DNA of 63,445 nucleotides, counting the filler, from Perkinsus chesapeaki ATCC PRA-425 (lineage: Eukaryota > Protista > Perkinsozoa), in NCBI GenBank assembly GCA_013115145.1. It is 5 parts of 5 records of this genome, joined end to end, with 100 filler letters (N's around TTAATTAATTAA, not from the genome) between each part and the next. Parts side by side here need not be neighbours in the genome. Positions count along the whole stretch, not along the records: positions 1 to 30,124 come from JAAPAO010000444.1; positions 30,225 to 52,386 come from JAAPAO010000585.1; 3 more parts are not named here. One strand, given 5' to 3'. Below, in pieces: positions 25,265 to 38,099 of the stretch. The first letter of the stretch is position 1. Each line of letters starts with the position of its first letter. A program made the position numbers and the translations under genes. Below the pieces are notes generated by a model. The model was not told where the DNA came from, ran no database searches, and saw nothing but the letters and a program-made list of their open reading frames with translations.

Positions 25265-28200
25265 TCAGCAAAGGGCTCCTTCAAGACGTCTTATGGCTTC
25301 CTGAATCTCGTCGTCGGAGCGGCAGAAGCAAAAGCGTATCTGAAACGGCTGCAGGTTGAAGCGTGCACTAAGGCTGAGTTCACTTACGTAATCTTCTCCC
25401 CTCCCTGAGCCTCGTTCACAGAAATTAGCGCCGGCAACTCCGGCGACTCCAACCTTCTCAACGAGATAGTCTGAGGCTTCCCAGGATGACATGTCTTTCA
25501 ATTGAGGGACTTCACGGAAGTTGGCAAACCTACACAAACAAGGGAAACAAAGCAATCGAGCGCTAAGTATTGAAGAGGGCTTCATTTAGGAATCCCAGTA
25601 ATAGAACAGCTGACGAAAGGCATTTATGTAGCACAAAGGGAATGAGGGAGAGTGGCAGGTATGGATTACAGGGAGATGTATGATACTATATTAGCGTATA
25701 ACACATAATTATGTCATATAAAATACTGCTCGACTGATCCTAATTCCTAAGCTGACTCTAAGAAGCCTTAACATCAATGTGCATATAATGAACTTAGTGT
25801 GTTAGTGGTTAAGGTTGAGTGACAATGACACACAGGGCGGTAATACGCATAATAAGCGGCATGTGGTGTGGTAACTTTGAAGCCAAGTCTTCTCAGGGCC
25901 GGTACCAATACGTCCCTTCTCTTTTTATACCTATCAATTAGTGGCAAAACACAGACATATCCTTGACTCACTTGTCGGGTAATTGATGTTTGAAATAGTT
26001 ATCATCTAACTTGGTGAAAGCAATAGTGCCAAACTGCATCGGGGATGGGGATTGCAGCACCTTCAAGAAATGGTCATCAAAAAGGAGGAGAGCGGTAAGT
26101 CTACCATCTGGTCATGAATGGCACGAAGGGTCTCTGTGAACCGTGGAGGGCATACAACCCAGCCTACTCGCCAGCCAGTAGCTGAGGCTGACTTCGATAT
26201 AGCACTTATTATAAACTGAGGGAAGGCAGATGCGAAGGGGGAATAGAAGGGATTGATAATAAAGTAAAGAGGGAATAGAAAGGATTGATAATAAAGTAAA
26301 GAGGGAATAGAAGGGATTGATAATAAAGTAAAGAGGGAATAGAAAGGATTGATAATAAAGTAAAGAGGGGATAGAGAGGATTGATAATAAAGTAAAGAGG
26401 GGATAGAGAGGATTGATAATAAAGTAAAGAGGGGATAGAGAGGATTGATAATAAAGGTTGATAAAAATGAAGTGTTATAAATATGAGTAATCGTGGTAGA
26501 ATGATTAGCTGCTGACATACTGATCTATCCTTCATCTCTGGAAAGGTTGATATAATCTGATGTGGCTCGCCCTCAAATATCATATGCTCATATATCTCAT
26601 CAGTAACTATATATGTATCATACCTGAAAGACACAAGAATACAGCAAGAGCAGCAATCAAACGAACAGTTGCAACAAATGACGACGGCCGACCCAACAGC
26701 AGACTGAGATTCTTCAACGCCGCTCATTTCAACCCAGTTTCACACTTATCAGCCTCGACGATGTAATTCGCGATTGTGACATCTCGCACAATAAACAGCT
26801 TTGAGGAGGCCTCCGGCATGATTCGGCAACTTCAATGACGCACTGCGGCAATTTTGTTGGCATGGACATACTTCCGCCGAACGTGATTGTTCTCTATCGA
26901 GTACAAGGCCTCCGGGGAATGATTTTGAGTCTTATGAAAAAATAACGAGAATAAGTTTAATGCTGTATTATTCTATATAGGAAACTGGCCGTATTGGTCA
27001 TGCTAATCTGGAGAGAATTTAGTCACAAATCGACAAGAGAAGGCGAAGCATTTCCACATCATTTGGCATGCAGTATCATCTTAGTCACACGCACGACCAA
27101 GTTAGGGGTGAACCCATTATGATATTTCCCGCTTATATATTCGTACACGTACCCGTAGGAGGAATTGAAATCGCTGTGGAGGCTTACTACTTTACAGCAA
27201 GCTGGGCCAATCTCGTTAGCTCCTCCTTCTCGAATACTTTACCGGTAGGGTTGTGTGGGGTATTAAGTAGGATGGCTGATATATGCAGCAATGATTGATG
27301 AAATGGCAATTGAGTGGTTACCTCTGACTGAACCATCTTGGAGCCTATCTTCTAGCATCTCCCAATCTACATACCATTTATCATCATCACCTTCATACAG
27401 CCTGACGCCAGAGGTATATGGTTAAAAGTTCACATTGTTGATGAAAATACGGTATGACCAAATATTATATCAACATGTTCACTCATGGGAAGGATCGTCA
27501 TTACTAGAAATAAGGGAGTGATAATGAGATGTGTAATTGACATGACGTTATAGAATTACTTAACGACAGACCAGCAAGGCATGGAGAGGAGTTACCTGCA
27601 GTATCTAGTGTGGAGGTAGAATACAGCAGCTTGGTTTGGATATATCTCATGGAAAGGCTCGAACACCAGGATCTAACAATAGCATCAAGAGTATCAGCTA
27701 CAGAATCATCAAGTGCTTATAGAAGCGGCAGGCTTACCGACTCCCCCGGTTTGCAGATAGCACGTAGCGTTGAAGCCATTGCCTCCGTAGCTCCCAGGCA
27801 AATAGTAAGCTCCTTTTCAGGATGAACCTCTATATTGTAAAATCGGCGATAGTACGCTGATATCTAACACACAGGCATCCGGGTGGGGGGGGGGCAATCT
27901 AGGTTATCGGCATACCGCCTCTCTGAGGTCTGTCCGTCCGTAGGGTATGGCGTATTGATTCAGCTCATCATTGCCTGTTATTGACTTATCGACAGCTTCA
28001 AGCAGATCGCTTAAAGTTGAATGGCCAGCCTTCACTAGAGGCACTGAAAACAACAAGAAACTAAGGCGCAACATGCTTCAGCGTCGCACGTGTTGGATAA
28101 CCCAATCGAAATCGTTGCTCTAAAGCAGATCCCTGGAGCCTTACCGATGTCATATGTCTTAAGTTGTTCAGCATTGGCCTGATTGCCGCCCAACAAGCCT

Positions 28201-28661
28201 CGTACAATCTGGTCCTTAGCTGCAAAGTGGGGGGACTATCGACACAACAGTGATAGCCGATGTAACGTCACTTAAAGGTCACCTCGTTCGGAAAGCCTTG
28301 TGCCAGATTGATAGCGTTGTGTTGCGCGGCCATTCTAGTCATCTGTCTTATCTGACTCTCTATCGGCTGGACTTGAGGTAGTGTGGTGGACACCTTACCA
28401 TTTTGCAAAGGCTCACCAATGGTGGACATACACGGAAAAATAGGGGACTGACAACTACACAGGAGAGTTCACAACTTACAGCATAATGCCAGCAGCAAGG
28501 TAGACATGACCCGTTGGTTCCTGTAAGGCTTTGTCGTGTGACCGTCCAGCTGTCACAGCCTGTACGCGCGCGTCGACATAAGGGGACACGCCAGTTAGCA
28601 ACAATGCCGCGAGATACGTCACGACTGCATAACCCGTAAGCTCTGGGATAGAAGGGACCAT
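25265..28661 (-). CDS. PLP-dependent class I/II aminotransferase (kynurenine/methionine aminotransferase-like; multi-exon)
   Basis: AINLAQGFPNE, NQYAIPYG, GATEA, FEPFHEIY, LLNTPHNPTGKVF, VTDEIYEH, SKSASATGWRVGW (PLP lysine) and IRFCFCR. Confidence 0.9.
26239..26456. repeat. 32-bp minisatellite, about 6.8 copies, in an aminotransferase intron
   Basis: Unit GGG(A/G)ATAGA(A/G)(A/G)GGATTGATAATAAAGTAAAGA starts at 26239, 26271, 26303, 26335, 26367, 26399 and 26431. Confidence 0.95.
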
Positions 28662-28871
28662 TGTCCTCCAAGCATTCTGGAGTGAGGTCCAACAAATGAA
28701 TAAAAAAGTCTCTGAGGGGATAAATGAAACATCAGCAGTTACATTACAATAAACCAGCAGTAGTAGGAAGGGCTACCGAGATATGCCATTCTACACAAAG
28801 TAGCCTTGCCTCATGTGAACCACTACTACCAATACAACAGATAGAGATATGACACAACATGATGATAATAA

Positions 28872-29897
28872 TCATGATTTGAGTAAATTGATAAATTGTT
28901 TGGTAGCAATTATCCTACAGCATGCCACAATGCTTTTAGTCTGCCAATCTATAAGGAAGAAGTCACTGATCCTTCCTTCAGTAAATGCCAACTTCTTAAT
29001 CAATGTTTTTACTATAAAACTACTATACAGATTAACAGTCAGCATAACTACACGAGAATGCCCTTCGTCACCACTTTGTTGCATGATGCTAACATCTTTC
29101 TTAGCCCAATAGTCCGTCACGAACTCGGCATCCTTAGGCCCCTTGGCTGGTACAGGGAAGGGAGCGTTAGCCGGCACCACGCAGATCTTCAGTCTCGACT
29201 TGAGTGCATTTTCACATGCTTGAGGTGTGGCAAATAGGCCTTCCCAGTCACCTCTGTTGACATGGTCAGGTAGGATCTCACTCAACGTTGTTACTGTTTT
29301 TTCGCCGACCTTGATGCTGAAGATAACATAACGCTTGTCTCTATCAACCGTACCGTTCTCAGAGTACTCAGCAAGCCAGTTGTACTGAGCCGAATGGTCA
29401 CAGGTTCGATTCCCGTCGAAGGAATCTACCAATTTAACCTCTACTAATTTGCTCATTATATGGACGTCACCGTCATAGTAAAGGTCCTTCTTGATTTTGG
29501 CACAACAAGGATTACCATCGGACCACCAGTAGCCTTCTGGATGACCTGTGAGATCAATCTCAGATGGAACCCTTGGCCGGTAACCAAAGGACTTCTTCCT
29601 CTCTGTGTGGCTCAGCCGAAACACGCGTGCGAGCCTCTTTAGGCCTGACACGGTCTCCTGGGCAGAGCCGTTCTCGCTGCATGCCGAGCACCCACAGTCT
29701 GAGCCACACCCTGCTGCTGGCCGTGGCTGTGATGCGTTATCGTCTAGGGAGGATATTCTGGCCCTGTCTGTGACCACGGTGGTATCCTCACTTTTTAGGG
29801 AGTTGTGCGTGAGAATGGTATCAGGATATACTTTGGCTCTGACAACATGGACTTCAACTTTTTCAGCGATTTCCTCAAAGTTCTCTGAGGTGCTCAT
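28872..29897 (-). CDS. Intronless ~340-aa protein, C-terminal half resembling DUF1336 (EDR2 C-terminal-like)
   Basis: Long clean ORF; the segment RLKICVVPANAPF...VMLTVNLYSSFIVKTLIKKL...DFFLIDWQ...IVACCRI loosely recalls DUF1336. The family call is tentative. Confidence 0.55.
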   Translation of the reverse strand: MSTSENFEEIAEKVEVHVVRAKVYPDTILTHNSLKSEDTTVVTDRARISSLDDNASQPRPAAGCGSDCGCSACSENGSAQETVSGLKRLARVFRLSHTERKKSFGYRPRVPSEIDLTGHPEGYWWSDGNPCCAKIKKDLYYDGDVHIMSKLVEVKLVDSFDGNRTCDHSAQYNWLAEYSENGTVDRDKRYVIFSIKVGEKTVTTLSEILPDHVNRGDWEGLFATPQACENALKSRLKICVVPANAPFPVPAKGPKDAEFVTDYWAKKDVSIMQQSGDEGHSRVVMLTVNLYSSFIVKTLIKKLAFTEGRISDFFLIDWQTKSIVACCRIIATKQFINLLKS

Positions 29898-30124
29898 AGG
29901 TTCCACTATTATATCATTATTATCCTCGTTATGGTGACACCTTCCAAGATACCCACAGTGCATCGTACAACACGCACAACTTTGAATGACTTGTTATTGC
30001 GCCGCACGAAACGCAAGATTCCAGCAGCTTCGCTCCGCCTTTCAGAGGCACTGTGAGGGTGTGATGTTGTCGGACGGAGCGAAGCGGGACAGCGTTCGCA
30101 CAATTGTGTCAAAGATACTCTTTG

Positions 30125-30224
30125 NNNNNNNNNNNNNNNNNNNNNNNNNNNNNNNNNNNNNNNNNNNNTTAATTAATTAANNNNNNNNNNNNNNNNNNNN
30201 NNNNNNNNNNNNNNNNNNNNNNNN
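30125..30224. other. Artificial contig spacer (44N-TTAATTAATTAA-44N)
   Basis: The identical 100-nt structure occurs four times; TTAATTAATTAA puts stops in all six frames. Confidence 0.98.
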
Positions 30225-30287
30225 TCTAGCCCCTCGACCTAGACCACTCTCCCACGGAAATAAACGGTCACAGTCGAGCGAACGCTA

Positions 30288-33200
30288 GTGCGTTTTACTG
30301 GCCGAAAAGCGCATTTCAGTGAAGCCATACGAGTTTCAGATTTCAACTTTTTGATTTCGCTGATCAGGTATCTGATCATGTTATTATCACGGTCTATCAT
30401 GCTTATTATTCTCTGGCCCTTCCTTACTCTTATCGGTCCAAGAATCGATTGGCGGTCACTCGTCGTCATCTCATGGGGAGGCCTTCGAGGAGCTGTTGCT
30501 CTCTCTCTCGCAGTAAGCCTGGTCATTCGTGGAGACTGATGAAAGCAGGGACTGTATTATGTCCGACTTCGAATGATGTGTCGTCATCAGACTTGTTGTA
30601 TTCAACCGTAGATTGCTGATGGGGAAAGATAAATGGAACATACTTCCGTCGTGAATCTCACTCGCTTGGAAATTACTATTAGCGGCGACCTGGTTAGCTG
30701 AAGACGACAAACCCGAATAAGTTTACCCTACTATGAGTAAAGCTTTGTGTGAGAATATCTTATATATAATAAACCGATTAACTAAGAGAATATAAAGCCG
30801 GGATTGGGAAAACCCGAAACCCGGGTTTTCGGCGGATAATGATTCATTAATATGTTTTGTCAGGTGATGGTGACTAAATCTCAAGCGGCTTTCCCGAATG
30901 TTCGTCTTCGTGAGGAGCTGATGTTCATCGTGGGTGGATGCGTCTGTTTAACGTTATTAATCAATGCGACAACTGCGCACGCTTTGGTGAGTTCACGGCT
31001 GAATTTCGTGGCGCAGTGACTGTTGCAGGTGAATTTCTTGGGATTTACCAAGTTGACGACTAGTAAGAGAATCCTACTGAAAAACGTCGATTTGAGTATC
31101 GCAGAAGCCGCTCGAGAAATGTAAGAAAAGTGCGTCCGCCGGGGCTCGAACTCGCGATCTCACAAAAGGTACGATGAACTATTAGTGGATGAAGAAGTGC
31201 TTCGGACAAGTTGTCCTAAGGTGAGTGGATCTTGAAATCTTGGTGAATCTTACAATATCTCAACGCAGTCTCTCACGGGAGCGGTGAGTACGTTGCGGAA
31301 CAGAGTGTTGTGTGAGGCGTTGGACGATGAAGAGGAATACAGAAAAAGAGCGTCACCGCGCCGCGAAATTCGGAGAGCATATAGCGACATCAGACTTGGA
31401 CATCGGGTGATTTCACCGGGTAGGCATGAGTGTTATGAAACGGTTGATCGATTTAAGATACGCGAATGATGTCACACACGGACACTCGAGCGCACTTGGA
31501 AGAATTGGCGATCCAAGAGACAGTTGTGTCAATAAGGAAAACCTTGCTTTCTGCGGTTAAAGCGGAGTAAAAATGCCTTCACTGAGGATCGAACTTGTGC
31601 CGGTTTTAGGTACTGGGATTTTATGAATCTTGGGCTTTTACCGAGAAGTTCAACCGCGGCACAGTTACTCATTTATAGCGTTGAAACTGCACAGCAATTT
31701 CATGTAAGAAAGGTCGTGGGTTCGAATCCTAGGGAAGGCGTTTTAATAATTTTAATAATGAGGAATAAAAGTAAGTTTCCTGGTGAATTTCGTTGAACCA
31801 TATATTTTTCATGCTTTTATTTCAGCTGTCGAACCAGGAATTATCCGAATTAGCTCTGAGAGTTTTTGAGAATTTTTGTCGAACATCTCAAAAAAATAAA
31901 ACCTAATGTGCCCGTTTCGTTATTTCTTACGAACTCACTTCGAGAATGATATTACGATGCCATCATTGAGGAGGAGATCGAGCTTGCCAGGATGAATCAG
32001 GGATGATGAAGTCTTGTAAACATCGCAGATCTCCTTGGTGTTTTTACGATGCTTGTCAACCTACATTAAGTTGTGCAGAAAATTTTCGTAATTTTTTCCA
32101 TTTTTCCCGTGGATTTTGCTTGCTTGATTTTTTCATTGAGGCCTAATCTCCTCGATTGTTCAGATTGAAGAGAAAATGAACGACTGGAATAAATTAAAGA
32201 AGAGACTTGAATCAAAGCGAAGAGCATCTTTATGGAGGCTGAAGCAGAAAATGAGGTTGCGCATGCGTGCATACCAACTTTTCCTCAAATTATTGCTTTC
32301 AGGTTGACGACTGACTTCGCGTCCTCTTGGGCAGAGTTAACTGTTTATGTTGTGGATTCATTTGTGGCAGCTCATATAAGAGCTCAAAAGAGTATAGCGA
32401 GGTGGGTGGTAAGGCACAGGTTCGATCCTCGGTGTTGGCATTTTATATGGTTTATTGACCACTGTTTTTCGAACTGCTACGCAGTTTTTTTATAAAGATA
32501 TTTCTCTCAATTTTTTAGAAATGTCCGAAATTTTCGGAAAAGTATGGGTTGGAAATTCGGTTCGAGATTGCAGCAACTTAATTGCTAATAAGCGTATAGC
32601 AAGTTTCTCTCTTTCGCATCCTTTAGGGTGTGATTAGATAGGGCCCGCGACTTTAATATGGAACCACTTGCGGCACGCTCGCGATCAAAATAGCTGTTCT
32701 GTAAAGTATTTCCCAATGAACTACCAACATAATAATTTACATTTTTTATCAAACCGAAGTCAAGTTTGATAATTACTAGTTGACTTCAAAATTACTAATC
32801 GGAAAATGTTATTAAGATTCACTACGATATTGGAAATGGTATGACGTTGAATAGCTGTTTTCCATCAATTGCTTTGAACAATTCCTGGGGACGTTTTTGT
32901 TATATAAAGATGGAGGGCCTCGGGATCGAAGTTCGATCATCGAACTCGTGTTAATGATTTCCATTCAGATATTATGGCCACACAGCATCAGCTGATACCG
33001 CAGAAGAATGGCTCGTTATTGAAGAATCAAAACATGAAGTTCGTGATGCCAAGGAGTATTTATCATGCAGACGAACCTGGTTCGATCCCCACGCCCGTCA
33101 TTTTTTAGATACCTCCATAAGGCTCTTGGGAGTGTTGGTTGGAGAGTGGTTAAATTGGCGCATTCGAAGCAACTTGCGCAGTTTATTTTAATTCATCAGA

Positions 33201-35130
33201 AAACGATTGTTGAGACCATGGAAGGACAAGGAGTGATTTCTGAAGGTCGGCAAAAATTCCAAAAATTTCATTTTTTCTGATCAGTTTCCGTCATACTGAA
33301 TCGTAGCGTATACAAAAATTGAAGTTTTTCCCTTTCGGGAATTATTTTTCCGAGATTTTCGTATCGTATGGAAAATGAAGGAAAATTTCTCCCAACTTGA
33401 GCATCTGGAAATTTATATTTTTTAGGAAAATTTTCCGATATTGATTTTGTAATACAAAATTTGTGTAACACCAGAAAACGGGGAAAATAACTGAGATTTT
33501 TCTTGATTTTTTTTATTTCAGGAGATGCCGAAGGAATCCTGCATAAAATTCAGAGCGATTTGGAAGCACTGACCAGCTTGAGCTTGGAAAGTGTCGACTC
33601 GGGATGCTTGGAAGATTCTCCAACCAAAAAAGATTCCATTGCGAATTCCAGCGAAGGAGGCAGTGCTCTGGCTGAGGAGGTCGGTATATTATGAAATAAT
33701 TTCGTGGCGCGTGAAGATTTCTTTCAGAGCGAAGATGCGTTTGAAGGTTTTCCATCAGCAGATGGGGAGAATGGAGAAGCTGATAATTTCCTTTTGAATG
33801 GTAGGCGTTTTTGTCAAAGTCACGCGCCACGAAATTCAGTTATCAAGTCGGCGCGTATCTGTATGCTGGCCCATGGTGAAGACTTAGTCGATGAACTTGA
33901 GTTTTTGGCGAAAAAGGTGAGAAAAATGTTCTTACCGGGAATCAAACTTGCGTAGTCTTTTCGTATAGGAGGCGTCTTACTTTTCCTAGCAGTTTTCCTT
34001 CTTGCTTTTGCGAGGAAAATTTCATCAACTTTCCAATGGATTTCGTCACTGCGATGTAAAGCAGTAGACAATTCTCCCAGGCGGGTAACACATTTTCCAC
34101 CAAAAAATATACCCTATCGCAATCCTTGGGGCGCCTTTCTATTGCACCGTGATCGTCTGGATGATTTCCCGTGGATCTTTCAGATTCTAGACTCGTCCGC
34201 TCACAACCATTCCTGGAATGTTGGCTCCTCTTCTCCGATTGCATTATCGAGCCGGGCCTCCAGCGGAGCCTCGAGTCCAGTGGACTTAAATCAGCCACTT
34301 CTTGGGGAAATTCCACAGTAAGTTTTTTTTCGGGAAATTTCCGGGAATTTTTTTCAGTGCGGTATCGATGGAATCGATGCCAGGAACGGCAATAAGGACG
34401 ATCGCGCGACGAGTTAGTACGCGAATGCAAGCACATCGACAACTCATGCGAGCGGTAAGTGGTTTGATGGGAGTAAAATTTCTCAGAAAATTGGAAAAAT
34501 TCTCGGGAAATTTATGATCTGTCTAACAAGCAGAATTTCTCTGAAAATTTTTTTCCAGCAGACTACAGGAAAAAATATTTTTTCAAAAGTGTTATTTTTT
34601 TCAGGCATCGGGTTTGTCGCCGGCAATGTTAAGTCCGAGAACATTGCCAAGTCAGATGAATACAAAAAAGGTTAACATTGTTATGCCTAAGTCTGACATA
34701 TAATTTCGTGGCGCGTGAAATACTTTTGACTCCCATTTTAACAAGCGATTTATTTCTCTTGAGCGTTGCGTTATTTGAAAATTTCCGTAATTTTTCCGTA
34801 ATTTTTCCGTAATTTTTCCGTAATTTTTCCGTAATTTTTCCGTATTTTTTCCGTATTTTTTCCGCATTTTTTCCGTATTTTTTCCGTATTTTTTCTGTAA
34901 TTTTCCCGTAGTTTTTCCGTAGTTTTTCCATAATATTTCCATAATTTTTCCGTAATTTTTCCGTTAGTTTTCTTATCAATGAGGACATTATCAACCTCGA
35001 CAGCACCCTCCTACACCGAGCGTTCGCATGACCGTGAGCTGCCCCCCATGAAACTCTACCATTCGGCTACAGCTCCGTTGGCCTTTATGGCACCATGGCT
35101 TATAAGCGATGATAAACCTAAAATGGTAAG
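30288..35130 (+). CDS. SOS1/NHX7-like Na+/H+ antiporter (CPA1), 5'-truncated by the contig edge; many exons; 3' end approximate
   Basis: VVISWGGLRGAVALSLA, ELMFIVGGCVCLTLLINATT, EMYDELLVDEE, EYWDFMNLG, VDSFVAAHIRAQKSIARYYG and EESKHEVRDAKEYL..VVKLAHSKQLAQFIL match the SOS1-type membrane and cytosolic domains. Confidence 0.85.
34779..34972. repeat. 11-bp tandem repeat (TAATTTTTCCG)n, about 17 degenerate copies, intronic
   Basis: Direct inspection of 34779-34972. Confidence 0.95.
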
Positions 35131-35499
35131 AAATAAATTTACACGAAAAATTATTGATAATTTTTCGGAAAATCTGTCTGGATTTTTTTAAATGCAAGTT
35201 GGGATACTTATGAAGTTTATGTAAGTCTTTTTTGGCATCCTGATGCTGGATAGATTTTCTGAGGAAATTTCATAGATTTTTTTGCGGGAGAATTCAAGAA
35301 AATTTCTAATTTTTTCAGTCTTTCCCTTCACCTTGTGAGCCTCACGAGAGCACATGCGTTGATTCGGTGAGAAGGCTTTCGATTCTTTCCAGTTTGAACA
35401 CGGCGAATCAAGAAGGAGCTCAATTGAGCGACGAGGTGGGAGGAAATCTACACAGTGCGCACGTATCTTTGGGCTGAGAATCTTTAGGTTAACCCTGAT

Positions 35500-36997
35500 T
35501 TGCAGGCAAAAGGACCGAGAACTGTGAAGCCAAAATCGGTTGGATTATTCCAGAAGATATTCAATCGAATTTTGGGGCGCAGTGACGGAACACCAAAAAG
35601 GAAGCATGATGAAACCGAGAAGATTGAAGAGGTTAAAAGATTCGCAGGCAAGAATTTTTTAAAAATTTTCCTTATTTCCATACGCCCGAAAACTTTCTAC
35701 TATTTCTGATTCTCGAGTCTTCCCGCACGTACGCTCTACAAGCGGGACTTTCTAGTGTCCAATTTTTCCCCAATTTTTCCCCAGTTTTCCAATATTATTC
35801 CCCAATTTCCCCAAATTTTTCCGATCTCTTTAGGCACTCCAGCTCCAAAGAGACGTCGCCTATCGAGTGAAGCGCCGACAACAGCAGCGACTACTAGGGC
35901 ACCCGAAGGGAGGGATGAGGACGAGGAGAGCGTTGAGGAAATGCAAGATGAGCAAGACTTACTACATGGAGAGACCGAAGGCAGTGAAAGTGTTGAAGAT
36001 GATCGCGATTCCGTAAAAGCGCCGGCAGAAGAAAGCGTTGAGGAAACGCAAGATGAGCAAGATTTGGTTTCTTCACAAGTTGAACAGAGCGAGCACTCCG
36101 GCAGTGATGAGAGTGTCGAGCACGATCATGAATCTGTAAGTCAAGAGGATTCAGAAGATCACCAGGAAGAGGATAGCGTTGAGGAAATGCAAGATGGGCA
36201 AGATGAGCAAGATATGCCTGTCTCGGAGATGGAAGAAAGCGAGCTTCTTAACGAAGGGAGTGTTGCCGATATGCAGGATGAACAAGGTTCCTGCGATGAG
36301 GAGAGTCACTCAGAGGGACAGGAGTCGGATGGAAGCGTTGGGAAAATGCAAGAATCGCAAGATGAGCAAGATTTGCCTGCAACACAGCGAAGTAGCGAAG
36401 ATGAGCAAGAGAGCAGTCATGTCGCTGAGGAGGGAAACTCTGAGGAAAGCGGTGCGGAATCGCAGAATGTTGGTAGCGATGTCGGCATGGAAAACGTTGA
36501 GGAAACTCAAGAATCGCAAGATGAGCAAGATTCCGTTAGCCAGGAGCCCGAAGAGGAGGAACACATCAGGGGAGAGAATCATTCCGTTGTAGCTGGCATA
36601 GTTCGAGGTGAGTTGGGTGAACTTGAGATCTTAAGGTATCTTGCAATTTCCTAACGCTAGCAGAAATTTTGTAAAGCTAATTTTCCTGCTGGTAGGTGTG
36701 GTTGTAACATCCGAGGAGCAAGCGAGTGATGCCGAATCGTCATCATCAATCCCTTCTTCACCTCGATACGACTTCTCGAGCGATGAGGAAACCAGCAAAG
36801 TTATAGTTCACGACGACGATATTTCTGATTCGGAAAGAGCAGTTCTTGAAAAGCACGCCGATGCGATTGTAGCGGCTTTCAGCGATGAGGCAATGCATGG
36901 TGAGTCTAGAAGTGAAATCGATCGGATGGGCGAGCGCTTTTTACATAGAGCCTGCTGCACAGAGCAAGACGAAGAAGATGGGGAGAAGAGCCGCTGA
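35500..36997 (+). CDS. Highly acidic repeat protein with NLS-like PAPKRRRLS and about 7 QDEQD repeats (multi-exon)
   Basis: ORF 35755-36654 is D/E/S/Q-rich with repeated (SVEE)MQDEQD; flanking exons at 35500 and 36695-36997. Confidence 0.65.
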
Positions 36998-37129
36998 GTT
37001 GAAGGCATTACAGGCATCTGGCACGAAGCCAGGCATATTATATGTAGGATATCTTAGGTTGACGCGTGCAAGATGCATAATAGGCTGTCATGATTACGGT
37101 TTAGTTCCATAATGTTCCACATGAGCCTG

Positions 37130-37874
37130 ATTCTGCTCCTCATGAATGTCAATTCTGGATGAATCAGCCTTTGCAAATCCAGTTGGAGGCGTGGGCTAAA
37201 AAGTAAGTGTAATTCCTGGACAGCAATGCCATCGTAACGCTGGAACCTAGTATAACACTTATTATCGAAAGTGAGCTTTATCCAGCTGGTTTGGGTTACA
37301 TCCAAATTGTCATTCAGCACTGCTCCCGGAATTGCTAGGATAATAAAAAATATTTCACGGAGACTTTGTGAGTCTGGGAATCTTAGAACCAGTCTGAGAA
37401 ATGCTACCAACATGGGCGTCCTCGTGCCACTCGAGGATGCCATGGAAATAAGATTTTGGATGGTTGGTGACGTCTTGCGAGTTTGATAATGAATGGTGCT
37501 GTCAGGTGGTATCCAGATCTCGATGAGAATCTACCATTCACGACGAGCGTTGAGGATCCTTCTCCGTCTGGGAAGGACTCACCTCCAAGTTTACTCTACA
37601 TTGATGCGATGAAGACACCAAACGAAGTACGTCGGAGCGTTAGATGGAATTTCAGTTGTTGTTGGTGTTTTCAGATTGCGTCTTTCGGTCTGCAGGAGCC
37701 AGCCGTTATTCACATTACATTCGAACATTAGTAGATAACCATAAGTTCATTGAGTGTAGATATTATAAACAGTTTCCTCGCTTTAATTTGCTTTTGTTCA
37801 TGGAATTTGCGAAGAGGCGAATCATTCGAGTTTGCGAATGTCATGCAAGGATGCGGGTTTACCAAACGATCTAG
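37130..37874 (+). CDS. Hypothetical multi-exon protein
   Basis: Exon-like open segments joined by GT-AG introns (e.g. KTPNE | CVFRSAG...RVYQTI*); no family recognised. Confidence 0.3.
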
Positions 37875-38099
37875 ATTCGCTCACATATGACACAAACACT
37901 CGTTTGAATGAGCTAACCTGCTCTTGATATTGTCAAGCATGAATACAGTAGCAGCAGACTCGGAGACTTTGTAAAACATACATATGTACGTGTGGAAGTT
38001 GGCAGGGGGAAGGAATAGTATTAATAACTAATACTACCCCTTCCTCCAGCAAATAATTAGTTCATTACCTGCGAAGGTTTCTATATATCCTCGAATTTC

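Noticed and set aside
26063-26727. ORFs with repeated LYFIINP/LLSILSIP
   Set aside because: Translation of the 32-bp intronic minisatellite.
29396-29425. GGTCACAGGTTCGATTCCCGTC T-arm-like sequence
   Set aside because: It lies inside a long intronless ORF (DGNRTCDH antisense) and lacks the discriminator plus T-run; treated as chance.
30125-30224. Repeated TTAATTAATTAA palindrome between N runs (four copies)
   Set aside because: Artificial concatenation spacer, not biology; ORFs containing X that cross it are artefacts.
31574-31662. Apparent full tRNA-Met(CAT) on the minus strand
   Set aside because: The supposed 5' half is the antiporter exon YWDFMNLGLLPRSS read antisense and the acceptor and D stems do not pair; only the intronic 3' module is supported.
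34629-35006. ORFs with repeated KNYGKITEKLR
   Set aside because: Translation of the intronic 11-bp tandem repeat.
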